Source of the DNA: Enterobacteria phage vB_EcoM_IME281
Sequence record: MH051913
DNA: 64,000 nt
Direction: 5' to 3' (one strand)
A model generated the notes under the pieces. That model did no database searches and was not told where the DNA came from. It saw nothing but the letters and a program-made list of their open reading frames with translations. This document shows positions 17,855 to 27,676 of this stretch, piece after piece (the first letter of the stretch is position 1; each line of letters starts with the position of its first letter). The position numbers and the translations under genes are program-made.

Positions 17855-17880
17855 ACGCTTTATACCAAGGATGGTATAAT
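17855..17880 (+). promoter_or_regulatory. possible middle-type promoter (MotA-box-like + TATAAT)
   Basis: aCGCTTTA then 12 nt then TATAAT. Confidence 0.4.
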
Positions 17881-17917
17881 GGTTCTAGGTTCTTAATTAC
17901 TTACTGAGGAAATTATT

Positions 17918-18763
17918 ATGTCACAGGCAATTAATCAAATTCGTTCTGAAGTTAAAAAAGTTGTTAAATTTGGTCGTATTCCTAGTTCTAAAGAAGTGGT
18001 TGAAAAGGTCCTATATATGATGTGGGACAAGTTCAATGTTTGTACTGTTAAAGATGACTTCACTAAAATCTTTGACAAGACTAAAGGTTCGTTTACGTTA
18101 GAAGACCGAGTCATGAAAACCCTTCGTAAAACGGGTATGTTGTCTCGTGCTAATGCCAAAATTATTCTTAAAAATTATAACAAAGGCTACGACCTCTATG
18201 GTCGTTTAATCCCGGCGATGTCATTTGATGAAGTTGTTCAAGACCTTCATGCCAACCAACGACGTCTACTGGCGCTTGGCGCTCGACTTGCAAAAGGTCA
18301 AGATAAGCAAATGCCATTTAAGACTAATGGTTCGGGTGATTGGATTATCTTTAATATTGTTAACCACCCTGGAAATGAAAATGAGTACACCATTTCAACT
18401 TTTAGTGGTTGCCAATATGACAACTGGAAGTTCCATCTGCGCTTGGCCCTATCTGAATTAGAACAACACAGTGTTCTTAGTTTTGGTGATGCTGAAACTG
18501 GAGTAGGTCAACGTATTAAACTTTATAAAATTAAAGACCTGGCTGAAGAGCATTCAGAACAAGCTCCTAAAATGGAACCTGTACCAGTGCGAAGCAATGA
18601 GAAACATCAAGCCCAGATTGAGTATTTTAGCAATTTGCTTACTTGCTTGAATGTTACAATCCAACAACAAGATGATGAGATTTTCCGACTCTCTGGTCTG
18701 AATGCCAAAGCTAAGGCTGAACGCCAGAAATATATCGATATCCTAAATCTTCTTAAGGATTAA
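17918..18763 (+). CDS. hypothetical protein
   Basis: 281-aa ORF; promoter-leader duplicated at 25690-25770. Confidence 0.6.
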   Translation: MSQAINQIRSEVKKVVKFGRIPSSKEVVEKVLYMMWDKFNVCTVKDDFTKIFDKTKGSFTLEDRVMKTLRKTGMLSRANAKIILKNYNKGYDLYGRLIPAMSFDEVVQDLHANQRRLLALGARLAKGQDKQMPFKTNGSGDWIIFNIVNHPGNENEYTISTFSGCQYDNWKFHLRLALSELEQHSVLSFGDAETGVGQRIKLYKIKDLAEEHSEQAPKMEPVPVRSNEKHQAQIEYFSNLLTCLNVTIQQQDDEIFRLSGLNAKAKAERQKYIDILNLLKD

Positions 18764-18847
18764 TTATGGAATGGCTCGCTGTTCTTGGATATGTAATCGT
18801 AGCCACGGGTGTTCTGAGGCTAATTTTCTCAAACATTGTAGGTTAAT

Positions 18848-19063
18848 ATGGAAATCTTAGGTTTTATTCTCCTTTACTTTGTGCTAGGATTTATGACGAC
18901 CTTTATCATTCATAAATCAGGTGATTGGAATCCAATCGAAATTGAATCAAGCTATGATGCAGTATTCATTACACTAGTATGGCCCCTACTTTGGGTTGTT
19001 TTGGTCATTATGATGGTGTTTTGGCCTATTGCTAAATTCTATGAAAAATTATTTGGACTTTAA
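18848..19063 (+). CDS. hypothetical membrane protein
   Basis: 71 aa, two hydrophobic segments. Confidence 0.5.
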   Translation: MEILGFILLYFVLGFMTTFIIHKSGDWNPIEIESSYDAVFITLVWPLLWVVLVIMMVFWPIAKFYEKLFGL

Positions 19064-19064
19064 T

Positions 19065-19946
19065 ATGAACATTAAAACACGTAAAGAATACTCTATATAC
19101 GACCATGACACTACTCGTCGTATCGCTATTGACCGGTTAGCAGACTTTGGTTATATTTGTAATGGTAATTATACTTATGGCGTAGGACGTAAAGGAACTT
19201 ATATCGGTTCTTTGAACGATTATTGCCGTTGCCCAGCCCACCTGTTTGGTGCAACATTGCGGGCTAATATCAAAGACCTCTTGGCTACCGCAGGACGTAT
19301 TTCTACGGTTCCTGTTAATATCAAAAGTATTAATTTTACGGCTCGTAACCTAGTCATTAATATTCTGCCTGATGGTATTCAAGTTCGTTTCCGTCCCACC
19401 TCAAAAGGCAATAAAGCCCTTCGTGAAGCATTCGAAACCTTATTCAGGGAAGCAATGACTCGTATTAAGGCAGTAGAATCATATAAAGTTACAACCGATG
19501 AATATGCCGATTGTTCTGGGCGAGCAGATGCAGTTTATTTTAATGTTAAACTAGCTCGCGAATATCTTTTATCTTATGCCCCTTATCAACCCCAACAAAA
19601 GGACCCACAAATGGAACGTCGTATATCTATCGCTACCTCTACAGTATCATGTGACAGTGTAGGCCAGTATGCAGCCTATGACAAATTCAAAACCACTGCT
19701 GTGCCTAGTCCATTCAATTCCGAACCATATCATTGGAAAATTAAACCTGATAATTCTTTGGTTGTTACTAACCCTACGATGAAACCTATTGAGACCTATT
19801 ATGCAGATAGCATTCAGGAATCAATCCACCGTTTAAATGGTCAGATTGAAGATGAGAAAAAGAGCATTCAAGACGTATTGACCCGCATCAAGAATATGGA
19901 AAACCAGCGTGACAAGCTCAGCGCGGCACTATTAGCTCTAAAATAG
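19065..19946 (+). CDS. hypothetical protein with C-terminal coiled coil
   Basis: 293-aa ORF. Confidence 0.6.
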   Translation: MNIKTRKEYSIYDHDTTRRIAIDRLADFGYICNGNYTYGVGRKGTYIGSLNDYCRCPAHLFGATLRANIKDLLATAGRISTVPVNIKSINFTARNLVINILPDGIQVRFRPTSKGNKALREAFETLFREAMTRIKAVESYKVTTDEYADCSGRADAVYFNVKLAREYLLSYAPYQPQQKDPQMERRISIATSTVSCDSVGQYAAYDKFKTTAVPSPFNSEPYHWKIKPDNSLVVTNPTMKPIETYYADSIQESIHRLNGQIEDEKKSIQDVLTRIKNMENQRDKLSAALLALK

Positions 19947-19947
19947 T

Positions 19948-19977
19948 GTTTACATCCAAGGACGGATGGAGTATAAT
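19948..19977 (+). promoter_or_regulatory. early promoter
   Basis: GTTTAC-N18-TATAAT. Confidence 0.6.
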
Positions 19978-20005
19978 CCTTTTATCAACTACTGAGGAGA
20001 ATATC

Positions 20006-21016
20006 ATGACCCGTACTGAATACATCAATGCCTTTACTAAGTATATCACTGACAATACCCCTCCATTAACACCGTATGAGGTGATAGTTTCTAATATCAA
20101 TAAATGGGTAGACCAAATTGATAAAGCATTATCCAATTGTTTCAAAGATGAAATCGAAAAGATTGCAGGCCGTTTGTTTATTTCTGATATCGTAGATACA
20201 TTTAAAGGTTCTCGACTGCTTTCACGGTTGGTCAATAAGGATATCCTTTCAGAGTTTGGCAAAGAGAAACACCCAGGTTCCAGCCACGTTGTTAGCTACC
20301 AATGGTTTGGTGATGTTTTAAAAAGCTATATCAAAATGAAAGGTACCGACCCTAAGGGCTTATTTCCTTTACGTTGGGCCGGTGAATTTAAGGCTAACTC
20401 CGCATTAATTCTAAAAGCAGCAACCAAAACCTTTGTAAAGGGTGATTGTCGTACTATCCACCCTATGGCTGATGGCATGATTAAAACAAACAACTATAAA
20501 GGGAAGGTGCTTATTTCTATTATTTGGTCGCCTAGTTGGAAACCTAAAGAAGTTGAAGTTTCGAAATACCAAGATATTTCCTACAATACCCTGAATATTG
20601 TAGAACAAGCTTTAGCTTTGATGGATACAGTAGAGAAATATGAGATTCAAGAAATCAACCACCACTTAGGCTGGAAAGGATATGAAGTTTTAGTAACAGT
20701 TCGCGAAATCAAATGCCCTGTTCCAAAAACCGACGCTGAAATTTACCAAGAAAAATGTGAGGAAATTGTGAACACTGATAAAGAGCCTGCAACCTTAGAA
20801 GACTTGATTGATGAGCTGAATGGCCCAAGGCTACTGGCCTGTGCACCAATTACTAAATCCAAGCCGCCAGAAGTAGTTGCTCTGGAAAAAGCATATAAAG
20901 ATGCCCTTGCTATCAACAAAAAACTGACCGGACAATATACTGCTGCCAAGAAACTTTGGGAAGAGTCTACCAATCGTCTGGATAAACTGGAACAAGCCCT
21001 GGAGCTGTTGAAATGA
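20006..21016 (+). CDS. hypothetical protein with C-terminal coiled coil
   Basis: ATG at 20006 after GAGGAG SD and early promoter. Confidence 0.6.
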   Translation: MTRTEYINAFTKYITDNTPPLTPYEVIVSNINKWVDQIDKALSNCFKDEIEKIAGRLFISDIVDTFKGSRLLSRLVNKDILSEFGKEKHPGSSHVVSYQWFGDVLKSYIKMKGTDPKGLFPLRWAGEFKANSALILKAATKTFVKGDCRTIHPMADGMIKTNNYKGKVLISIIWSPSWKPKEVEVSKYQDISYNTLNIVEQALALMDTVEKYEIQEINHHLGWKGYEVLVTVREIKCPVPKTDAEIYQEKCEEIVNTDKEPATLEDLIDELNGPRLLACAPITKSKPPEVVALEKAYKDALAINKKLTGQYTAAKKLWEESTNRLDKLEQALELLK

Positions 21017-21234
21017 AATACCAATTAGCTGACGATATTGACCAAACTATTCCTGATTGGAATGCTGTTATTAAAATTGTCGAACGTCGTGAAAAAGCTT
21101 CTAAGAATGTTCCAAACTGTCCTATGTGTGGAACTGAACAGGTCCAGTTGGTTCAATGGCGCCATAATCCGCTTCAGTATAAATGCCGCCATTGTAAACA
21201 CCGATTTGAGCGAGACGAAAATGGCAAAGCGTAA
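21013..21234 (+). CDS. hypothetical zinc-ribbon protein
   Basis: CPMCG...CRHCKH. Confidence 0.5.
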   Translation: MKYQLADDIDQTIPDWNAVIKIVERREKASKNVPNCPMCGTEQVQLVQWRHNPLQYKCRHCKHRFERDENGKA

Positions 21235-21457
21235 AGAATATGTAGAGGCCGCCGATAAGGCGGTTCGTGAACTTACTCTGGCTTATTATAAAGAGCATGG
21301 TAAATTCCCGGACAGTTATTCAGTATTGAAATCTGCTTTAACTCGTTCATATAATAATATGCGTTCAGAAGTTTATGATATTATGGACAAACATAAAGAA
21401 CAAACCGGTCAATACCCGGATTATACTGAGACCTTCAAACAAGTATTAGGAATTTAA
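21221..21457 (+). CDS. hypothetical protein
   Basis: 78-aa ORF from MAKRKEY. Confidence 0.45.
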   Translation: MAKRKEYVEAADKAVRELTLAYYKEHGKFPDSYSVLKSALTRSYNNMRSEVYDIMDKHKEQTGQYPDYTETFKQVLGI

Positions 21458-21458
21458 A

Positions 21459-21722
21459 ATGTTTAAAATTTATGGTTATGATTCAAATATTCATCGTTGT
21501 GTTTTCTGTGATAATGCTAAACGTTTTTTGGATGTTAAGAAACAACCTTACGAATTCATCAACGTTATGCCAGAAAAAGGTGTGTTTGATGATGAGAAGA
21601 TTGCTCAACTCCTGGCTGCACTTGGTCGCGAATCTCAAATCGGTTTGACTATGCCGCAAGTATTTGCCCCTGACGGAACTTCTATTGGTGGCTTCGACCA
21701 ACTGCGAGAATATTTCAAATGA
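21459..21722 (+). CDS. nrdC: glutaredoxin (thioredoxin-like) for ribonucleotide reductase
   Basis: 87 aa collinear with T4 NrdC (MFKIYGYDSNIHRCVFCDNAKR...GGFDQLREYFK). Confidence 0.9.
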   Translation: MFKIYGYDSNIHRCVFCDNAKRFLDVKKQPYEFINVMPEKGVFDDEKIAQLLAALGRESQIGLTMPQVFAPDGTSIGGFDQLREYFK

Positions 21723-21880
21723 TTGAATTAATGTTGGGTATTTTGTATCTTATCATTGGCATTGGTTATGCTAAGACCTTAGCTAAATTGGATGATTCCG
21801 GTGATTTTTGTGGGTGGTTGACGTCTATGATTTGTTGGCCTTTATTTCTGGTTGGTGCTTCATTCTGGAACTTCAAATGA
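21719..21880 (+). CDS. hypothetical small membrane protein
   Basis: 53-codon hydrophobic ORF, ATGA-coupled to nrdC. Confidence 0.4.
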   Translation: MIELMLGILYLIIGIGYAKTLAKLDDSGDFCGWLTSMICWPLFLVGASFWNFK

Positions 21881-22053
21881 CCGAATTTGATACAGCTTAT
21901 GAAACCTGCGCAGGAGAGTTTGATACTCCTGCCCCTAGTAAAGAAACCGTATTGGCAAATCTCCCGGTTTGGTTAAAAGAAGAAGCCAACGAATGGGGCT
22001 GGACTGATACCTGTGTACGTGACCAACTATTTGAATTTATGGCGGAGTTATGA
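21877..22053 (+). CDS. hypothetical acidic protein
   Basis: Coupled ORF starting MTEFDTAY. Confidence 0.45.
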   Translation: MTEFDTAYETCAGEFDTPAPSKETVLANLPVWLKEEANEWGWTDTCVRDQLFEFMAEL

Positions 22054-22358
22054 TTGAATTAAATGAACAGACTATTTTTCTAGGTGATGGTACTGAAGAT
22101 GACCTGGAATATAAACTATACGAGTATATGGTTTGGTTGGCTAAAGCAGAAGGTATTGACTTTGTTGTGGCTAATCCATATGGCGAGAACACCGTTGTAA
22201 TCGGTGGCACTGCTTATGAAGTCCAATGGCAATACGTTGGGCTTGAATCTGAAGAATTTGAAGAAGATGAACATGGTGATTGGCATCCAATCGGTCCTTG
22301 GTATTGGGAAGACGGTGAACCCGATTTTGAAGTATCAAGTTGGTGGCGTGACCATTAA
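22050..22358 (+). CDS. hypothetical acidic protein
   Basis: 102-aa ORF. Confidence 0.5.
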   Translation: MIELNEQTIFLGDGTEDDLEYKLYEYMVWLAKAEGIDFVVANPYGENTVVIGGTAYEVQWQYVGLESEEFEEDEHGDWHPIGPWYWEDGEPDFEVSSWWRDH

Positions 22359-22474
22359 GCCCTGGTATACCGCTCGATGGGAAACCGTCGAGCCAGAGGA
22401 ACCGGTTTACAACGATTCCGAAATAGATTATAATGAACCTTCAAACAATGATTTAATCGATATGGAGTTTGGAT

Positions 22475-22648
22475 ATGAGTACCAAAATTGAAGTTGGCCG
22501 TCATAAAGGCCGTCTGATTGAACATTCACTTTACGAATTGTCGGATTCCCGTAAGTTACCTGATGAAGAATCTGCTTTAATTTTTGCTGCAGCCGATTAT
22601 ATTCATTGGCTTGAAGCTCAACTTCGCTTTTCCGATGAGGCCTTCTGA
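22475..22648 (+). CDS. hypothetical protein
   Basis: 57-codon ORF not in track, ATGA-coupled to next gene. Confidence 0.4.
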   Translation: MSTKIEVGRHKGRLIEHSLYELSDSRKLPDEESALIFAAADYIHWLEAQLRFSDEAF

Positions 22649-22950
22649 TGAATTTATTTGAATTTGAAGGTAAAACTGTTCGTATTACTGAAGAAGATGT
22701 CGACCATTATGTTGACTGGCCTGAATTAAACGGCAATCGCGGTTTTGAGTCAGGCGAGCTCTGTGAAGGTGCTGAAGTTAAAATCTTGAAGGTGGAGATT
22801 TCTCCATGGGGCAATCCTGAAATCATTGGCGTAACTGCTATCGAATTCAATGGTAAGGTATACGAATACACTAAAGAAATGTTTGAAGATACTAAAGCTT
22901 CATTCTGGTGTTTTTGGACTAACGATGATAATGAATTTGAGGTCGCATGA
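22648..22950 (+). CDS. hypothetical acidic protein
   Basis: 100-aa ORF. Confidence 0.5.
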   Translation: MNLFEFEGKTVRITEEDVDHYVDWPELNGNRGFESGELCEGAEVKILKVEISPWGNPEIIGVTAIEFNGKVYEYTKEMFEDTKASFWCFWTNDDNEFEVA

Positions 22951-23132
22951 AAACTGCATTAGTCTATACCGAAAAGTTAAATGGTGACAAAGTCTGGAAA
23001 CTTCTTATTAAAGGAAGTCCTACCGACCAGTTTATGGCCACCTGTATTGGATTGTATACTCGTCCTACTAAAAAGATGATTCGTCAATTTAAACGGTTAC
23101 ATCGCTCGTTTTATAGTACATTCGAAAAATAA
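22947..23132 (+). CDS. hypothetical basic protein
   Basis: 61-aa ORF. Confidence 0.4.
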   Translation: MKTALVYTEKLNGDKVWKLLIKGSPTDQFMATCIGLYTRPTKKMIRQFKRLHRSFYSTFEK

Positions 23133-23138
23133 TAAATA
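23131..23138 (+). promoter_or_regulatory. possible variant late promoter upstream of gene 49
   Basis: AATAAATA (one mismatch to TATAAATA). Confidence 0.3.
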
Positions 23139-23162
23139 CCCTTATCTAATACAGGTAAGGGT
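23138..23162 (+). promoter_or_regulatory. SD-sequestering hairpin at gene 49 start
   Basis: ACCCTTA-loop-TAAGGGT; 3' arm contains the AAGGG SD. Confidence 0.55.
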
Positions 23163-23167
23163 TTATT

Positions 23168-23641
23168 ATGTTGTTGACTGGTAAATTATACAAAGAAGAA
23201 AAACAAAAACTTTATGATGCACAGGATGGTAAGTGTTTAATCTGTACCCGTGAATTAAACCCTGATGTTCAAAGCAACCACCTTGACCATGACCACGAAT
23301 TAAACGGGCCAAAAGCTGGTAAGGTTCGTGGGTTACTATGCAACCTGTGTAATGCCGCAGAAGGACAAATGAAGCATAAGTTTAACCGCTCCGGTCTTAA
23401 AGGTCAAAACGTTGACTACCTCGAATGGTTAGAGAATTTGCTTGTCTATCTGAAATCTGATTATACTGAAAACAATATCCATCCTAATTTCGTTCCTGAT
23501 AAAACCAAAGAGTTCAGTAGATTAGGTAAGGAAGAAATGATTGCTGAAATGCTTTCACACGGAATGACTTATAATGAATCTGACACAAAGAAACAAATGG
23601 TCGATTCATTTAAAAAACAACTGAGGAAATCGCTTAAATGA
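23168..23641 (+). CDS. 49: endonuclease VII (Holliday junction resolvase)
   Basis: 157 aa collinear with T4 endo VII (MLLTGKLYKEEKQK...HLDHDHELNGPKAGKVRGLLCNLCN). Confidence 0.95.
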   Translation: MLLTGKLYKEEKQKLYDAQDGKCLICTRELNPDVQSNHLDHDHELNGPKAGKVRGLLCNLCNAAEGQMKHKFNRSGLKGQNVDYLEWLENLLVYLKSDYTENNIHPNFVPDKTKEFSRLGKEEMIAEMLSHGMTYNESDTKKQMVDSFKKQLRKSLK

Positions 23642-23735
23642 TTAATTTTTATGCCTTAACCGAATCTATGAACGATATTATCCGGCGCATGGGTGTTGAG
23701 TATCCTGCTCAATGGTTATTTGTTGTAACTAATAC

Positions 23736-23963
23736 ATGGACTATCGTATGAATAAATTTCGTAATGCTGCTTCTGATATCCTGGCCAATATTACATTTGT
23801 CCTGTTTATTGTGTGCCTTTTAATCCTGGTTATCCCATTTGGATTGCTGTTCGTTATTATTGGTGCATTGAGTACTGAAAAGGGTCTTGAAGAGTCTGAG
23901 TTCGACAAACGAATCCAGGCTGTTCATAGTGTTATTTCTAAAATGATGAAGGTGAAAGAATGA
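23736..23963 (+). CDS. hypothetical membrane protein
   Basis: 75 aa with TM helix. Confidence 0.5.
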   Translation: MDYRMNKFRNAASDILANITFVLFIVCLLILVIPFGLLFVIIGALSTEKGLEESEFDKRIQAVHSVISKMMKVKE

Positions 23964-24256
23964 AACGTTTTGAAGAGTATGTAGCTTTGAATTGGACCGC
24001 ATGGGACAAGTTCGGTAATGACTGGTACTTCCATGACTGTGACCTGAACCCTGAATTCTTTAAAGGTAAGGAAGACGACCTTAAGGACATCTATGCTCTG
24101 TCAGAGATTCATGGTATTAAACCAACGGTTTATTTCTCTTTTGATGACACGGGTTTCCTTATCCAGATTTACGTCCCATACGGAACTAATGAAGACGAAG
24201 TTATCAAAACTTGGGACTACCAAGGAGTTATTTCCTGTGGACCAAAAGTTAACTAA
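23960..24256 (+). CDS. hypothetical protein
   Basis: 98-aa ORF. Confidence 0.5.
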   Translation: MKRFEEYVALNWTAWDKFGNDWYFHDCDLNPEFFKGKEDDLKDIYALSEIHGIKPTVYFSFDDTGFLIQIYVPYGTNEDEVIKTWDYQGVISCGPKVN

Positions 24257-24554
24257 AATTGAGATTTACGGTATCCCTGAGACAGTCATGCGCTGTCCAG
24301 GGTGCATTGCAGTTCTATCGCTCCTAAATTCCCTTTCTATCCAATATACTTTCTATCCTGTGATTAACCAGACGCCGTCAGGCGCAGTATATGATAAGCC
24401 TCTTATAGTATCATTGGCCAAACGTGCCGGCTTCAAGAGCTTAGCTATACGCTATCCTGTAATCTTTGTTGATAATAAGAAAATAGAAAATATTCCTGCC
24501 TTCAAATCCCTTTTGATTGAGCTTGGCTATGACCGAGATTTAATTGAAGATTAG
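24237..24554 (+). CDS. NrdH-like glutaredoxin (CPGC redox motif)
   Basis: GTG start 9 nt after AAGGAG; IYG...CPGC thioredoxin-fold motif. Confidence 0.5.
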   Translation: MDQKLTKIEIYGIPETVMRCPGCIAVLSLLNSLSIQYTFYPVINQTPSGAVYDKPLIVSLAKRAGFKSLAIRYPVIFVDNKKIENIPAFKSLLIELGYDRDLIED

Positions 24555-24555
24555 T

Positions 24556-24607
24556 GTTTACTTCCTCTCCTCACGTGTTATAGTCTATCCTATCAACACA
24601 TGAGGAG
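24556..24607 (+). promoter_or_regulatory. early promoter cassette (PeSL-like)
   Basis: GTTTAC-N17-TATAGT; inverted repeat CTCCTCACGTG/CACATGAGGAG. Confidence 0.65.
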
Positions 24608-24613
24608 AACATT

Positions 24614-24790
24614 ATGACTATCCAAGATAAAGAAATTAAAGTCAACCAGTATTATTCAATCAACGGCAAAGCTGTTCTAGTAACTGAAATATCTAGCCTA
24701 GACGTGTGGTATACCATAATTGACCTTAATATTAAAATGATTTGTGACCGTGGTGTATTTTGTTCGATAGCTAAGGAAATTAAATTATGA
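24614..24790 (+). CDS. hypothetical protein
   Basis: 58-codon ORF downstream of early promoter cassette. Confidence 0.45.
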   Translation: MTIQDKEIKVNQYYSINGKAVLVTEISSLDVWYTIIDLNIKMICDRGVFCSIAKEIKL

Positions 24791-25041
24791 GCCTGAAATT
24801 GCATTCAATGAAAAATGTCATCACCCTTAATCTGGATGATGAGCGCCTAATTTTTCTCACCGTCACTGATAAGAATATTGAAATTGCAAATGGTCCTAAG
24901 ACTTATTGCTGTCCTGTTAAGAATTGGAAGCATGTAACCTTTTTGACCCTGACCGACCGTCTGAAAGACCTTAAGTTGGATTTGGATATCAAAGACATCC
25001 AGTACATTAAAAACCTTATTGGATACAAACTGTTGAGGTAA
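24787..25041 (+). CDS. hypothetical protein
   Basis: 84-aa ORF. Confidence 0.5.
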   Translation: MSLKLHSMKNVITLNLDDERLIFLTVTDKNIEIANGPKTYCCPVKNWKHVTFLTLTDRLKDLKLDLDIKDIQYIKNLIGYKLLR

Positions 25042-25043
25042 CT

Positions 25044-25337
25044 ATGGGTAAAACTATCCGTCGTAAAGAATTGCCATCTAGAGATTTTAATTGCATTGCT
25101 AGACGTAAAGCACCTGATGGCGTATCGGAAGAAACTTTGAATGAAAATATCTTCCGGTCAGATAAATGGAAACGCTTTAGCGGCGTTGATTCTGAAGTTA
25201 AGAATGAAATGAACCGCCAACTTCGTAAAGAAGTGAGAAAACTGAAAAAAGATGTTTACAGCGACGATGAACCTGATTACAATACTTCTCATCGAGTTGC
25301 AAAACGTAAATCAAACGAATGCTATCGTTACAGCTGA
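25044..25337 (+). CDS. hypothetical basic protein
   Basis: 97-aa ORF. Confidence 0.5.
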   Translation: MGKTIRRKELPSRDFNCIARRKAPDGVSEETLNENIFRSDKWKRFSGVDSEVKNEMNRQLRKEVRKLKKDVYSDDEPDYNTSHRVAKRKSNECYRYS

Positions 25338-25344
25338 GGAAAAT

Positions 25345-25476
25345 ATGAATATCAAACGTATGCTTTTTAAACAAGGATTATACACTTTAAATGTTACTCC
25401 AAAAGGCGATACGACTAAGTGGTCAGTAAATGACTGGATTAAATTTATTGATGAAAATGGCAACTGGAAAATTTAA
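25345..25476 (+). CDS. hypothetical small protein
   Basis: GAGGAAAATATG context. Confidence 0.4.
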   Translation: MNIKRMLFKQGLYTLNVTPKGDTTKWSVNDWIKFIDENGNWKI

Positions 25477-25677
25477 ATGAATCCTGAATCTAAATTATCA
25501 CAACGAATTGCTGAAGCCCGTCGTCAGTTCTTTGAAAATATGATAGCTCAAGGTATTGATGACGAAGTTTTTCTAAACTGGTTTTGGAATAACAAATATT
25601 CAAAATGCGCAGGAGCAATATTAATATCAGCCGCAATGATGTATGAAGGTTGGAAAGGTGCATTAGCACAAAAATAG
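25477..25677 (+). CDS. hypothetical protein
   Basis: 66-aa ORF. Confidence 0.45.
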   Translation: MNPESKLSQRIAEARRQFFENMIAQGIDDEVFLNWFWNNKYSKCAGAILISAAMMYEGWKGALAQK

Positions 25678-25706
25678 TTTACAAACTCTTGGGACCAGAG
25701 TATAAT
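25677..25706 (+). promoter_or_regulatory. early promoter
   Basis: GTTTAC-N18-TATAAT; inverted repeat GGGACCA/TGGTCC around -10. Confidence 0.6.
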
Positions 25707-25746
25707 GGTCCTATGGATTATAAATTTTTAAACTGAGGAAATTATT

Positions 25747-26076
25747 ATGTCACAAGCTATTAAAAACGTACTGAACTCTTTCGCTTTCGATAAAGTTAAT
25801 GAACTGATGAAAACTGGCTTTGTAACTCCTCAGGTTCTTGACCAATGGGTTGCTGAACTGTTACCAATCATGCACTCTAAAGACCAAAAAATTGGTAAGA
25901 ACGGTATTCGTGAAATCCTGGTTCAATATATTCTCGACGAGTTTGATGTGGCCGCCTTTGGTGTCGAATCTAAAGCTTGGCAGCCAGGTGAAATCACAGA
26001 CAAAACCATCCGTCGTATGAAGAATCAACGTAAGAAAAAATTCGTTGACCTGAAAATTGTTAAGGCAGCTAAATGA
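25747..26076 (+). CDS. hypothetical protein
   Basis: 109-aa ORF; leader and first codons identical to gene at 17918. Confidence 0.55.
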   Translation: MSQAIKNVLNSFAFDKVNELMKTGFVTPQVLDQWVAELLPIMHSKDQKIGKNGIREILVQYILDEFDVAAFGVESKAWQPGEITDKTIRRMKNQRKKKFVDLKIVKAAK

Positions 26077-26321
26077 GTAATTTGCCTGAAGATGTATCGG
26101 TTATAATAGTCCTTAAAGCTTTAGCCGGTTTCCAACGTACCCCTATGATGAATAATAGTGAAACCATTATAAAAGCGGCTAATATGCTAAGTGGAAGTCA
26201 TCGCGATTTCAGGATATTTCCTATAAGCTCTAAGACCACTTATATGAAAATGCCCGATCCTAAAATAGCTTGGGATGAAGGCATGACATTAAATGAATTT
26301 GAGGATTATTTAAATGATTAA
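26073..26321 (+). CDS. hypothetical protein
   Basis: 82-aa ORF. Confidence 0.5.
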   Translation: MSNLPEDVSVIIVLKALAGFQRTPMMNNSETIIKAANMLSGSHRDFRIFPISSKTTYMKMPDPKIAWDEGMTLNEFEDYLND

Positions 26322-26580
26322 AATAAAACTCTCTAATTACGATAAAAACTTGGAAATGATTGCTATGAAAGAAGAACTCCTGAATGATGTCCGCTTTACA
26401 GGTTATGCAGTCCAATTTAATGGTGATGGGGCTCTCCAGATTGAAGGTGGCCACTTTATTATCGAATATGAATTTAAACGGTACTGGCTATACGCTAAAG
26501 ATGAAGTTGGCGGTATTGATTACGTCGATGAGTTTGATAATCTTGATGATGCATTAGAAGGAGCTCGATTCCTACAATGA
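26314..26580 (+). CDS. hypothetical acidic protein
   Basis: 88-aa ORF. Confidence 0.5.
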   Translation: MIKIKLSNYDKNLEMIAMKEELLNDVRFTGYAVQFNGDGALQIEGGHFIIEYEFKRYWLYAKDEVGGIDYVDEFDNLDDALEGARFLQ

Positions 26581-26840
26581 AACCCATATCCACCACCCTC
26601 GCTTATGAAGGTCTCGGATTTTTCTTAATAGATAACTGTATGGATGTTGAGTTTGTTTGTGGTGAGACTTCTTTAGTATGGAAGTCTCATATTTCCAAAT
26701 ACAACCATCGGGATTATCCGGAACTTTTTAAAGAATTTTGCGGATATATGTCCGAACATGGATGTACTGATACAATTTCTTATCCCGAGTTCATACAAAT
26801 CCTTGAAACAGTATTTAAGGCTTATTGCTTACTCCGTTGA
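26577..26840 (+). CDS. hypothetical protein
   Basis: 87-aa ORF. Confidence 0.5.
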   Translation: MKPISTTLAYEGLGFFLIDNCMDVEFVCGETSLVWKSHISKYNHRDYPELFKEFCGYMSEHGCTDTISYPEFIQILETVFKAYCLLR

Positions 26841-26875
26841 TGCTTTAAACGGGTCTCCAAATACTATGATATAAT
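26841..26875 (+). promoter_or_regulatory. possible middle-type promoter upstream of gene 55
   Basis: MotA-box-like TGCTTTA followed at 13 nt by ATACTA/TATAAT. Confidence 0.45.
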
Positions 26876-26906
26876 AGACCTATGATTTGAGTTATCTGAG
26901 GTAACA

Positions 26907-27464
26907 ATGACCGAAATTAAACTGACTAAAAATAACTATGTAAATAATAAGGAGCTTCTGAAAGCCATTACCCAGTGGAAAACAGAACTCCGAGAAAATA
27001 CCGACCCTAATAAAATAGTTCGTCAGAACGACGTTATCGGCTTGGCTATTATGCTCATTGCTGAAGGCCTTTCTAAGCGTTTCAACTTCTCCGGATATAC
27101 CCAATCTTGGAAGCAAGAAATGATTGCTGATGGAATCGAAGCCTCTATTAAAGGTCTTCATAACTTCGACGAAACAAAATACGACAACCCACATGCATAT
27201 ATCACTATGGCTTGTTTTAATGCCTTTGTTCAGCGTATCAAGAAAGAACGTAAAGAAATGGCAAAGAAATACAGCTACTTCGTCCATAACGTTTATGACG
27301 CCAATGACGACGACATGGTAGGTATCGCAGATGAAACTTTTATCCAGGATATTTACGACAAAATGACTCAGTATGAAACCTCTTTAGTTAAAGCGCTAGG
27401 GTCTGATAAGAGCGCCGAATCTAAAGTTGGTGAGCTGGATTTTTTATATGGAACTCAAGATTAA
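26907..27464 (+). CDS. 55: late-transcription sigma factor gp55
   Basis: 185 aa collinear with T4 gp55 (NYVNNKELL...[42 protein letters not shown]). Confidence 0.93.
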   Translation: MTEIKLTKNNYVNNKELLKAITQWKTELRENTDPNKIVRQNDVIGLAIMLIAEGLSKRFNFSGYTQSWKQEMIADGIEASIKGLHNFDETKYDNPHAYITMACFNAFVQRIKKERKEMAKKYSYFVHNVYDANDDDMVGIADETFIQDIYDKMTQYETSLVKALGSDKSAESKVGELDFLYGTQD

Positions 27465-27675
27465 CCTGGTAGGCCTTTTAGAAGAAGTAGATGGAGAGTA
27501 TTCGGCAATTCCTTATGTTCTTAAAATGTATCTTAAGGATATTGCCAAGCTTCCTATTGTAATAGACCCAAAACACCCTGATTCGGTAGAAATTAAAGCT
27601 GAAAAAGGAACATTAACTTATAACTATCACGTTACCGACGAAGATTTTTATATAAAACTGAATTACAAGGATTAA
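27448..27675 (+). CDS. hypothetical protein
   Basis: ORF overlapping gene 55 end; start uncertain. Confidence 0.4.
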   Translation: MELKINLVGLLEEVDGEYSAIPYVLKMYLKDIAKLPIVIDPKHPDSVEIKAEKGTLTYNYHVTDEDFYIKLNYKD

Positions 27676-27676
27676 T

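Noticed and set aside
23131-23138. Canonical late promoter for gene 49
   Set aside because: Sequence is AATAAATA rather than TATAAATA; retained only as a low-confidence variant because the SD-sequestering hairpin resembles the T4 arrangement.
24093-24554. 153-aa track ORF as a single protein
   Set aside because: Its N-terminal 48 codons overlap ORF 23960-24256 in another frame; the glutaredoxin-like part starts at a GTG with a well-spaced AAGGAG SD (24237).
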